Positions 35,640-47,400 of a DNA stretch of 64,000 nt are shown here, piece by piece (positions within the stretch are counted from its first letter, which is position 1; each line of letters opens with the position of its first letter). Both the position numbers and the translations under genes were made by a program. The notes under the pieces were generated by a model. It saw only the letters and a program-made list of their open reading frames with translations. It did not search any database and was not told where the DNA came from. Source of the DNA: Prorocentrum cordatum (taxonomy: Eukaryota); assembly GCA_963575745.1 (NCBI GenBank), contig CAUYUJ010000004.1, forward strand, positions 372,001-436,000, written 5' to 3'.

Positions 35640-38070
35640 ATTGGGGGGGGGGGCGCCGCCGCCACAATTGCCGCCGCTCCAACCTCGCGGTGCACCGCGC
35701 GGTGGCGGCGGTGGTGGCGGGGGGGAGGGGGGCGCCGCAGTGCTGGCAGGTGCCCGCCGCCGCCCCGACCTCGTCGCGGCGCCCCCGAGAGGCGGGGCGC
35801 TTCGCGAGGCTGGCACTCGCCGCCGCCCCAACCTCGCGGCGGCCCCCAGCGCGCCAGGAATAATTTAAATTGCGGGCCTGGCCCCCGCCGGCCCTCGCCG
35901 CAGCCCCACCTCGCGGCGCCCCCTGCGCGGCGGCGGGGCTGCGCCGCGAGGCTGGCCCCCGCCGCCGCCCCGACCTCGCGACGCCCCCCGCGCGGCGGGG
36001 TTCGCGGCAAGGCTGGCTCCCGCCGCCCGCCGCGCCAGTGACACTGCTAGGCCGGTCTCCGCCGCTGCCCCAACCTCGCGCCCCCGCCCGCCGCGGCGGG
36101 GGCAGCTGCCGCCGCCCCGCCCCAACCAGCGGGGGGTGCCGCGAGGTCGACCCCGCCGCCGCCCCAACCTCGCGGGGCCCCCCGTCGCGCCAGGGACCTT
36201 GCGAGGCGGGCCTCCGCCGCTGCTCCAACCTCGCGCCCCCGCCCGCCGCGGCGGGTGCTACCGCCGCCGCCCCAGCCGGCGGAGGGCGCCGCGTGGCCGG
36301 CCCCGCCGCCGCCCCGACCTCGCGGGGCCCCGCGCGATTGGAGCGGGGGGCACCGCGGGGCTGGCGGGGGCCCGCCGCCGCCCCAACCTCGCGGCGCCCC
36401 CGAGAGGCGCAGCGCCCCGCGAGGCTGGCCCTCGCCGCCGCCCCAACCTCGCGGCGGCCCTCGGCGCCAGGAAGAATTGAAGTTGCGGGGCTGGCCCCTG
36501 CCGGCCCCCGCCGCCGCCCCACCTCGCGGCGCCCCCTGCGCGGCGGGCGGGCGGCGCCGCCGCGCCAGGGACATTGCGAGGCCGGCCTCCGCCGCTGCCC
36601 CAACCTCGCGGCCCCGCCCGCCGCGGCGGGGGCTACCGCCGCCGCCCCAACCGGCGGGGAGCGAGGTCGACACCGCCGCCGCCCCAACCTCGCGGGGCCC
36701 CCCGCCGCGCCGGGGCGCGCCGCGAGGTCGGTCCCCGCCGCCGCCCCGACCTCAGAGTGCCACCCGCTGCGCTGGCGCGTGCGCGAGGCTGGCTCCTGCC
36801 TGCTGCCGCCCCAACCTCGCGTTGCCCCCCGCGCGGCGCGGGCGGGGGGGGGCGCCAGGCTCGCCCCCGCTGCCGCCCCACCTCGCGGCGCGCGGCGGGG
36901 GTGGCTGGCCCTTACCGCCGCCCCGACCTCAGACAACAGAGCACGCCCCGCGCGGCGCGGGGTGCCGCGAGGATGGTCTCCGCCGCCGCCCCAATCTCAC
37001 GGCGCCCCACTCGCCGGGGAGCGCCGTGGAACTGCCCCCCGCCGCCGCCCCGACTTCGCGGTGCCCCCCGAGGTGCGAGGGGCCCCGCGCGGCTGGTCCC
37101 CGCCCCAACCTCACGGCGCACCCCCGCGCAGCGGAGGCTACCGTGAGGCTGGCCCCCGCCGCCGCCCCAACCTCGCGGCGCCGCCCGCCGGGCCAGGGAG
37201 CGCCGCGAGGCTGGCCCCCGCTGCGATCCCAACCTCACGGCACCTTCTCTGAGCGGCGACCGCAAGGCTGGCCCAGCCACCGCCCCGACCTCGCCGTGCC
37301 CCCCGCCGCGCGGCGGGAGGGGCCGCGAGGTTGGCCCCCGCCGCCGCCCCAACCTCGCGGTATCCCCCGCGCGCCGCGGGGCGCCGCGAGGCTTGAATTG
37401 CCCCCGCCGCCGCCCCAGCCCCACGGTGCCTCCTGCTGCGCAGGCCCCCGCTGCCGCCCCAACCTCGCGGCGCATTCCGGGCGCCCGAGGGCGCCGCGAG
37501 GCCGCCCCCCCTTGCTGCGGCGGGGGAGCTTCACGGCGCCCCCCGCCGCGGGGGAGAGCGCCGCGAGGTTGGGGCGGCGGCGGGGAGCGCCGTGGGCCTG
37601 TCTCCTGCGCGCCGCCCCCCCGACCCCACGCCGCCCCACGCCGCGCCGGGGGAACCGCGAGGCTGGCCCCCACCGCCGCCCCAACCTCGCGCTACTTCCC
37701 GCGCGCCCGAAGGCGCCGCGAGGTTGGCCCCCGACCTCGCGGCGACCCCCGCCGCGCCAGGGGCGCCGTGAGGCTGGCCCCCGCCGCCGCCCCAACCTCG
37801 TCGCGCCCCCCCGCTGCGCTGGCGGGCACCACGAGGCTGGCCCTAGCCGCCGCCACCAGGCTGGCCCCCGCCGCCGCCCCAACCTCACGGTGCTCCCGCG
37901 CGGCGGGGGGTGCCGTGAGGCTGGCCCCCAGCGCCGCCGTCCCAGCCTCGCGGCGCCCCGCCGCCGCGCCTGGGGGGGCCGCGAGGCTGGCCCCCGCCGC
38001 CGCCCCAACCTCACGGTGTCCTCTGCGCGGCGGGGGCATCGTGAGGTTGGCCCCCATCGCCGTCCGCCCG
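35640..38070 (+). repeat. GC-rich ~55-60-bp minisatellite with an internal inverted repeat
   Basis: Unit GCCGCGAGGCTGGCCCCCGCCGCCGCCCCAACCTCGCGGCGCCCCC. Confidence 0.85.
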
Positions 38071-38443
38071 GTTCTGCCTTCGGCCGCGCCAGGGCCGCCC
38101 CCCGGCGTCACCGACGCGGGCGCGGCCGCCGCCCGGGCGCGGCCGGGCCCCGCCTCGGTGCCGCCGAGCCAGGCCAGGGGGGAGCAGGAGCGGGAGGGCC
38201 GTGCCCTCGAGCGTTCAACCACGGCGAGGGCTGCATCCACTTGATGGCTCTGGTCAGAACTCACCGCAGGGACGGGATACAAGCCCGCGATGCCCGAGAA
38301 CGGCCCGTGGAGGCCGATCTCGACGGCCCCTGGGGGTCGATCTCGGGCGTCGGGGCTTCGAACAGCTACCCTGGCGAACATATGCGCTCGCGCCGAGGAT
38401 GGGGTCGAGACCTCGGGGGCCCGCGTCCTGAAACAATTGCGAA

Positions 38444-38735
38444 TGGTAGGAATAGCTAGGAATGGGTAGGAATAGCCAGGAATGGGTAGGAATAGCTAGG
38501 GCTAGGTAGGGATACGAGAGCTAGGGATGGGGGGAATACATAGGAATAGCTCGGAGTTGGTAGGAATAGCTAGGAATAAGCAGGAGTCGCGAGGAAGAGG
38601 TAGCAATGGGTAGGAAAAGCAAGGAATAGGTAGGAGCAGCCAGGACAAGCTATGAATAGGTCGGAATAGGTAGGAATAGCTATGCATAAATATGGATTGC
38701 CAGGGGTAGCTTGGAATATTAGGAATGAGTAGCTC
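38444..38735 (+). repeat. 10-bp minisatellite (TAGGAATAGC)n
   Basis: Degenerate tandem decamers. Confidence 0.85.
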
Positions 38736-39099
38736 GGAATCCGCCGACCTCCGCTTGCCGGGGGTGAAAGAGCGCGCGAGATGATTTCGCTGACCTTCGT
38801 GGCCCCGATGTAGCTTCTCGCTGCCCTTCCTGGCCCCTTTGCAGCTCTCAATGGCGCCCTTTCAGTTTAAGGCTGCGCCAATTACACGTGGCAGGGAAGA
38901 AAGATATCCCCTCTAAAGGGGGCGCGGTCGAAGGCGAAGAGGGCGTGTATCCAGGGTTTGGGAAACACATGTTGATTGGCACGCACGCGTATAAGAGCGA
39001 ACATAATACATTGATGGTTGATGATGCTGATTCTTATTGGAGAGGCCTGACGGCCGGTGCCGCCGACCCTGATCGAAAGGGCTAGGAGTGGGGGGAGGA

Positions 39100-39824
39100 A
39101 GCGGATGATGATGATGAGGAGGAGGAGGAGAAGGAGGAGGAGGAGCAGGAGGAGGAGGAGGAGGAGGAGGAGGAGGAGGAAAGGGAGGAGGAGGAGGAGG
39201 AGGAGGAGGAGGAAGTGCATCCTTTGTGTGCCCGTTCGAAGAAAGTGCGCCCCGGGAGTGTGATATTCTGACTTGGGACGTGCTCCCGGAAGAGGAAGAA
39301 GTGCATCTCGGGCGTGCCCGCTCGAGGAAAATGCGCCCTAGGGGGGTGGTATTTTGACTCGGGGCCCGCTCCCGGGACGCCTCTGCGAGGAGGAGGAGGA
39401 GGAGGAGGAGGAGGAGGAGAAGGAGGAGAGGAGCAGGAGGAGGAGGAGGAGGAGGAAAAGGAGGAGGAGGAGGACCAGGAGGAGGAGGAAGTGCATCCCG
39501 TGCGTGCCCGCTCGAGGAAAGTGCGCCCCGGCGGGCGTCGTATCTGCCCCGGCCCCCCCCCCCCCCTCCCTCCCTCCCCCTGCGGGGAAGGGATCAAAGG
39601 GAAGGGGCTTCCCTTCGACTCCACTACGACGTCGTTTAATTTCGCTTTGGATAGCGCGCTTGAGGACCTGGGAGGGGGAGAACGGAGACGACGGATACGA
39701 CGACTCGAACGGAGAAGCCTCTCACACACGCCGACAGGGTCGGCGGATTATACTTAGTGGTAGTATGATTGTGATGGTGATGTTGATTGCGATGGTGGTG
39801 ATGGTGATGGTGGTGGTGTGAAGC

Positions 39825-39864
<40 letters not shown>

Positions 39865-39865
39865 C

Positions 39866-39918
<53 letters not shown>

Positions 39919-40170
39919 AATGATAATGATGATGATGATGATGATGATGATGATAATGAGGCAGCATCATCAGACGGTGCTGGTGTTGATGGTGAAGATG
40001 TTTTTGATCATGCTGATGCTGATGATAATGACGATGATGATGATGGTGATGATGATGGTGATGATGATGGTGATGGTGATGATGATGACGATGATGGTGG
40101 TGGTTGTGGTGATGAGTATGATGATGTTGGTGGTGCTGATGAGGGTGATGACGATGACGATGACGATGAC

Positions 40171-40214
<44 letters not shown>

Positions 40215-40246
40215 CGATGACGATGACGATTATGATGATGATGATC

Positions 40247-40298
<52 letters not shown>

Positions 40299-40460
40299 GG
40301 ATGAGGATGAGGATGATGATGAGGATGATGATGCTGCTGATGATGATAATGATGCTGATGCTGATGCTGATACTGATGATGATAATGATGATGATGAGGA
40401 GGAGGAGGAGGCGGAGGAGGAGGAGGAGGATGAGGAGGAGGAGGAGGACGAGGAGGAGAA
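39100..40460. repeat. (GAG)n and (GAT)n microsatellite blocks flanking the 39570-39750 repeat
   Basis: Direct observation. Confidence 0.9.
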
Positions 40461-40505
40461 GAAAAAGGCGGATCATGCTTATCGGACTTACCCCCGTCCT
40501 CCAAG

Positions 40506-40706
40506 GTGTGCTACCAGGCCTTCGTCATGAGCCAGATCCACGAGGTGGAGGAGCCGGAGCAGCTCCAAGACGCCTGCGAGGCCAGTTTCGGAGGCGAAGT
40601 GTCCTACCAGTGCCTCGAGCAGCGCGTCTACCAGGGCTGGCAGGAGGACGCCCGGCTCGAGGAGCAGGAGGAGATTCTGCAGAGCACCCAGATGACCGGC
40701 CACGAG
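40506..40706 (+). CDS. Probable host-gene exon (VCYQAFVMSQ..QMTGHE), product unknown
   Basis: 67 codons with strong G/C third-position bias, acceptor CCAAG|G, donor GAG|GA, phase 0. Confidence 0.65.
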
Positions 40707-42043
40707 GATCGGGCGACGAGAAGTGTGCACACACACACACACCGACCTTGGCCACGCCCATCCTGGACCCAGGCCGGTGTAAATGCTTTCCTGGCCGAGA
40801 CAGGACGGCCTATGCACCGTCCTTGGGCTCAGGATGAGCTTGGCGGATCGGTGCATGTGCATCGTGCCCTTCCCTTCTGGAGGACCACCACAAGGCCCAC
40901 GTGGAGCGCGTCGTCACCGCGGTCGCCGAGCTGGCGGCCGCGAAGGGGCCAGATATCCTGTGGGAGGAGCACAGGAGCGCCATCCACGCCGCGATCGAGG
41001 CGTCGGGGACGCCAACGATAGCCCTGGCCAGGCCGAACCCTGGGAACGGGACTCGTGTGCACGCCCTCCTGGCCTGGCCAAGAGGGCGTGCACACCCGTC
41101 CCCAGAGATCCGAGGATACGATTTTTGCCAATCCCAGGGTTTTTCCAGGATTTCGGCCTCCAGGGCCCGGCATCGGGCCTGGGGACCATCAAAAGTGGAT
41201 CCGGGACGAAAAGCCACCCACGGGGAAGCGGTCGGGACCTTTACGGGGTAGCGGATTGAGAAGATTATATAGGGGGATGTTTGGGTCCCTGGCCCAGGAC
41301 GGGCCTGGCGAGACTCGGTGCTGGTGTATACGTAGTCGGCGTCCTCCTCAGGTGAAGCACAATGCGCTCCCAGATGGCGAGAGGGAGAATGCCAAGGATC
41401 GGTGGCCTGCTCTGAGAGCTGCCGCCGCTGTAGGCTGGCGACCGCCGATCCACGGCAGCGCGTTGTTGCGTGCGGCCAGCCCTTCGCGCGGCACGGCACC
41501 ACCCCGGGCCAGCGGCCCCTGGTATGCACGGTTCAGAACTTCTGCTCAGCTTGCAGCACCGCCGTTTTTTGCCCACCACGCTTCGGCGCGACGCGCTGGC
41601 CACGCCTCCTTTCCTGGCCCCCCCCTGCCCCGCGGAGCGGAGCGTCACGCCATCAGCTTGCAAGGCAGAGCGTGTCGCGGGTGCCGCCGCCGCGACACGC
41701 TGAGCAACCGTTCATGACCGTACAGGCGCCCTGGATTAGCAGGTCTACCTGCCAAGTCAAGGGTACCCTTGCTTGGCATCGCTCGGACGTGTGCATTTTT
41801 CTTTCGGCGAGGAGCATCGAGGAGCATCCTTGATCATTTGGCGGAAAAACCAAGCACGAAACTGAACAAAAACACAGGGAACGGACGTCCGAGCGATGGC
41901 GAGCTTGTGCCCTGTGTCTCGCGACCCATGCCTCCTACGTTCCTGCGGCAGCGTGGCACTCGGAAGGGTCTCGTGTCCTCTCGCGTGTCCTGTCCGGTCA
42001 AGGCCGACTGCAGCGGCGGCAGCGAAAGCCGGGCCCGCCACAG

Positions 42044-42181
42044 GAGATCCACTCTGTCCACGGCGACCGCCTCCTCGACGCCTCGCTGCAGGCCGTGCAC
42101 GCCAAGGAGGCCGGCGACAGCATCGAGGACATCAAGCAGCGGCTGCTCGACTACCAGCTCGAGCACGAGCGGCACCGGCAG
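42044..42181 (+). CDS. Probable host-gene exon (EIHSVHGDRL..EHERHRQ), product unknown
   Basis: 46 codons with strong GC3 bias, acceptor CACAG|G, donor CAG|GC, phase 0, compatible with the previous exon. Confidence 0.65.
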
Positions 42182-42292
42182 GCTCTCGGGCGGCGAGGGT
42201 CGTGCCATCCGCGAGGGCCGGGCGTCGCAGGCTTTTTCAACCGGGCGCTCTTCCCCGGCTTCGGGACCCCGGGACCCCGACGGATTCTATGC

Positions 42293-42375
42293 TTAAGTCG
42301 GGCCTGTCCCCCTACAGGGGGATTTTCGACGACAAATAAGAAATACCCTAAAAATAATAATACAAAAATGCGTAT
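42293..42375 (+). mobile_element. Solo left end of the 33174-33367 MITE family
   Basis: TTAAGTCGGGCCTGTCCCCCTACAGGGGGATTTTCGACGACAAAT followed by an AT-rich stretch. Confidence 0.65.
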
Positions 42376-42459
42376 ATTATCCCAGCAAAGCAACCTAACA
42401 GCCATGTGTATGAGCACATATGGAAACATTCTTCTTTAGATTCATGTTCGGATTTGAGT

Positions 42460-42852
42460 GGAAGCGAAACGCTGCGATCAATAGTGGACGTGTCTGCAAA
42501 GGAGGCACTACTATCAACGAGACAGCACATTCTTTTTGTGCTCATTCCAAACGAGACGCTGCTATGCAGGGGTGTAGGTGCAAACGAGACGCTGCTATCA
42601 ATGGTTTCCGCCCCAAACGAGACACGAGTATCAATGGATTTAATTTCGAACGAGACACTACTACTTACTACTACGGATGCGTCTGGAAACGAGACGCTGC
42701 TATCAATAGTGGATGTCTTTGCACAGGAGGCACTGCTATCAACGAGACAGCACATCGTTTTTGTGTTCATTCCAAACGAGACGCTGCTATCAATGGATGT
42801 AAGTCCAAACGAGACACTGCTATCAATGGATTCAGCCTCAAACGAAACGTGC
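42460..42852. repeat. Array of AACGAGACGCTGCTATCAAT motifs (~33-36-bp spacing, ~225-bp higher-order duplication)
   Basis: About 11 motif copies; 42477-42564 resembles 42702-42789. Confidence 0.85.
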
Positions 42853-42998
42853 TGAGGAGCACCGTATCTCACTATCCACGGCTGCGCACGAGTGCAGGTT
42901 GAGAAGCACCACGCGAATGCAGGCTGAGAAGAACCACGCGAATGCAGACGGCCAGGCTGAACAGCACTGCCACAAAACAGGCTGCATCTCAGGGCTCC

Positions 42999-43600
42999 TC
43001 AAGCTCGCGCAGGCCAGCCCAGCGCCTGTCGGGCTTTCGCGCAGGCGATTTTTGTCGTGGCAATCTTGTCTGCGAAGAATTCGTCGAAGGCCTTCGCGAT
43101 CTGTTCTGGGGGGCCTGACTCGATGATGCTCCGGTCAGGCAAGCCGTGGCTCAAGAGCTGGCCGAAGCTCTGGGGACGCGACAGGCTGACGTAGTAGGCC
43201 AGCCAAATGGACTGTTTCTTGGGTCCTGGCGGAAGCGTCCAGTGCACGATGAAGCCTGGGTCCGCCGTCTTGCCCTGCACGCCATGCAGAGTGCCCTGCT
43301 TCTTGGGCAGCACGGTCAACTGTGTCCTGGAGACCGCGATGGCCGGGCCATCCGCCGTTGCTTTGAACTTCCAGGGGCGGGCCTGCGGGGTAATCGCGAG
43401 CACTCCGCGCAGGTCAGGGCCGGCAGGCTGAGAAGCACTGCCAGCAGTCACCGGCGCGGCCTTCAAGAAGAGCTCATCGCTGTCATCGATCTTGACATAG
43501 ACGGCCTTGGGCATGTAGCGAAGTACCGCAACACCATCCGAGACAACGGGCGCGCGACCCTCCACCGGAGGCTCCAGAGCGTGCTGCTTTACGCCTACCA
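42999..43600 (-). pseudogene. PIF1-family helicase, C-terminal half (motifs V and VI)
   Basis: RTQLTVLP..TLHGVQGKT (motif V) and YYVSLSR (motif VI). Confidence 0.85.
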
Positions 43601-43906
43601 TCATATTATCGCTACCCGCTAGGTTCTGTAGGTCTGCGACTTCCAAGAACACCCTCCACAAATCCTCTCCGCCCACCTTGTCACATGCCCCCAAACAATC
43701 ATCAACGCAAGGTCGTGCGTTTTGAAAAATTACTTATGGTTGCAACGTTCCTTCATTAAGAAGCCCCCCTCTCCTGTCTTGGCCCTGCATTCGGAAACCC
43801 CGTTCCATTCACCCCCCCGCCTTTCGTTCACGCGTTCTGAGGCCAGGACGCCAGTGTACGGGGCGGGGATTTACGCGCCCACAACGAGGGAGAGACTGTA
43901 GAGAGC

Positions 43907-44241
<335 letters not shown>

Positions 44242-44301
44242 AGAAAACAAGTTTCGGCAGCAGAGGCGAGTAGCTTGCCCTTGATATCCTCCTCACCCTC
44301 C

Positions 44302-44323
44302 TCCGCCGCCGTTTTGGCTCAAA
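44302..44323 (+). other. Relict dinoflagellate spliced leader
   Basis: TCCGCCGCCGTTTTGGCTCAAA matches DCCGTAGCCATTTTGGCTCAAG at 18/22, ~90 nt upstream of ATG 44416. Confidence 0.7.
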
Positions 44324-44415
44324 CGTGCTCTCGGCGCGCGTTTCGCGTCGCCAGCGTTCTGCGGACGACGGAGTTCGTCTCGACGACGCGTAGCCTCGAC
44401 CATCCGCTGCGACGG

Positions 44416-47400
44416 ATGGCGGCGCAGGGGCCGCCCGCGGCGGGCATCGGCGGCGCGGCCGTCGGCCTGCAGCGCAGGCGGGGCGACGCGAGAGTCGCGC
44501 AGGACGCCGCGAGGGAGGCGAAGCGGCGGCGGCGAGAGGCGCGAGAGGCAGAGGAGCAGCGCGCTCGTGCCGCGCCCGCGCCGCCTGCGGTCGCTGGAGA
44601 CCTGCGCAGCCGCCCCGCGCCTCTCACCGGCCACCCGCTGCTGGCGCGCATCGGCGGTCTCAGTTCCGATCCTGGGGCGCAGCGTTTTCGAGATGTCTTG
44701 CCTCGGCCGTCAGATGTTGCGACTCCATTGTACGACCCTGCTTCTCGGCCGCTGGCCTTCGCCACGGCCGCTCTGCAGCGCGAGAGAACTGGAGCGTCGT
44801 TGGAGACCTTTTACAAGCATTTTGTACATTTGAATAGCCTGGTCTGGCTTTACGACCGTCTTTACCGTAAGATGTTGGTTGAATCGTGTTGTCGGTCATC
44901 AGTCGCCAAGGCGCTCCGCGTGATCGACGATGTGGCTTGTGACGAGACGCCCCTCCGCGTGCGCCAAGTTGATCGGCCCGGGGGTCTCGTCGCCCCTCCC
45001 GGCACTGCGGAGTTCTCCTTGCCTGACTCCTTCCTGAAACTGCTCCCGTCTTCGCAGACGTCGGCGCCAACGAAGATTCTGCAAGCGCAGCGTCATTGGG
45101 GCATCTTGATCAGCAAGGAGGTTCGTGGTGTCACCAAATATATCATATTTTATGGGCGAACGTTGTGCCATCTCCGGGCGACGTCGCGTTATGCGCCAGG
45201 CGCGGTGCTGCGGTGTTTGGCAGAATCCGATTCGATGGGTTTAGCAGATCTTCTCTTTGAGTCCGGAACCCGACTGGTTTCGATCGATCGTCATTTCTCG
45301 AACCTGGCCGCGGAGAGGCGCACGCGGACACGGCTTTTCGGCAGAGCGCCATCGACGAGGTCACTTGCCGTACCGCGTCGGCAGCGCATGCTTCAAGGCA
45401 TGAGGATTCAATCAACGTTTCTTTTCGAGGATTGCATTTCGTTCATGATAAATTCGACGTGGGTGTTTGAAATTATTTCGGTCCTGCTTGGGACTCTACT
45501 TGAGGAAGAATATTGTGGTTAGGGGGGGGGGGGGGGGGTCAATTTGCGCGGCGTCGAGGCCCGTCGGCATCTTATCTTGAAATGGTTTACCCCGTCAAGC
45601 GGGCGCGAATGGATTGTCGGGGTTATTTTGGAAGCACTCGCCGCGTGCGACTGGGATGTAAGGCCTCGGCGGACGAGATCGTGATCTTTATGCAGCCCGG
45701 CGTCGAATGCGACAAGGAGGTGCTCAAAGAGATGGCCATTGCTGGGATCTGCCACGCTTTTTCAAACCGTCCTCCCAAGATGTTCACGAGGAGCAAATGG
45801 ATGGGGGCGGAGGAAGCACCTTGTGCAGTTGCGTTGATGGTTCTGTTCGGTGGTTGTTTGATCCTTGTATACGAGAACTTTTGTGCAATAATGAATGGTA
45901 GACCGTCGTCGGATAATGCCCCAATTGGTGCTGGCGTGATCCCAGGTGGTGACGGCGGCGGCGGCTGTGCACTCGTTGCTTTCAATGCCGATTGAGCTGC
46001 TGCTGGAGGCGACGGTCAGTCTTCTGGAAGCGCCTATCTTTGGGCAGAAGAAAATGCAGCCCGTAGAACACGAGTGTTGGATTGTCTGCACCGTAAGGGC
46101 GCATCGCCCTGCAGCCACTTAGTATGCTTGCGGATGATTCTGTCAGTGGTGCAGGGGATGCAGCGTCAGGAGTTGTGCATGGGCTCTGCGCGGTGGAACC
46201 AGCGCGAAGATGCTCGGGCAGCTCGCGAAGCGGTTCGGCAAGACCCTGATCGAGACCGAGACAGACGTTTTCTTCAACGTGATTTCTCGGTGTTAGTGCA
46301 CGCCCGAATGGACATCGAGAGTAGAGCTTTTCGACAGTTGCGTATCTTGTTCTTCAACAGGGGTGTATGGATTATCTTGAGGGAGGCTGACTTGGCGAAT
46401 AATATGAAAACGCAGTGCTTCAAGAGCATGTCCCGCCTGGGCGCGCTCACCGAGAAGCTCATGGCACCCGCTCATGCTGCGCCTCCTTTCAGCCTCTTCT
46501 TGTCCATTGACCAGTCGACTTTGGCAAAAGCCTTAAAGGAGAGGCCCGCTTGCCTCCTGGACCGCTGGAGTTATCATTTCATGCAAGAGAATGGTCTAGA
46601 GGCCGAGTCTAGTCGAATGAAGTTGGCTCTGCACCTCGCACTCCTCACGATGAACACTGACCATCTCGAGGTGGAGCAGTCCCACATCAGGCGGTGTACT
46701 ACCAAGCGGGCGCAGTGCCGACAGGAGGACACCAATGGCCTCAGCGGGAAGTGGCTCGCGAACCAGGTGAGACTGGACCCCTGTGGCCTCAGCGGGCCCG
46801 CCGCAGCTTCGGCGCGCCGATCGGGGGCGAGGCCCATCGCGTGGCGCCGCCGAGGAGCAGGGCCAGGATGCCCCTGGGCCTGGTGGAGGCGCCTGACGAG
46901 CATTCGCGAGGCGCATGGGGATGGCCGACCTGTCGCGCGTCGGGGAGCTGTACCGCGCGGCGAAGGCCGCGGTCGGCGACGAGGTGATGGCCCAGTGCAT
47001 CGAGGAGGGCAGGCGAGCTACACTGCTTCGGCGGCAGCGCGGCACTACTGCCAACTCCTTCGGCCCGACCAGGCGGGATTTGCAGCGCGCCGCGCTGGAG
47101 CACGCGCTGGCCGCTAGAGTTGGCCCCGACCAGCCCGACCCGAGCAGCGGGAAGGACGTGCTGGACAAGTTCGCCCAGGACGCGAGGACGCACTGGAAGC
47201 CGGCAGATGAAGCTGCGTCCGAGGTCCGAGCACTGAAGAGCCAGTGGGGCCGCACGTTGGCGGCGGCTCGGAAAGCTGACGACGGCGCGATACAGAAGTT
47301 CACAGCTGCGAAGTCAGATCAGTGGGGAGATGAATTCGTATCAGCAGTGCCCCAGATGCGCGGTTCGCCTACTGTGTCTTCTTTGCTGGCCGTGCCCGCG

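Noticed and set aside
29191..40837. Poly-M/D/H/I/E and Arg/Pro/Ala-rich ORFs
   Set aside because: Products of microsatellites and a GC-rich satellite; no coding signal.
43610..43720. ACDKV..EDLWRVF resembling the non-LTR RT AFDxV motif
   Set aside because: Too short and degenerate to call.
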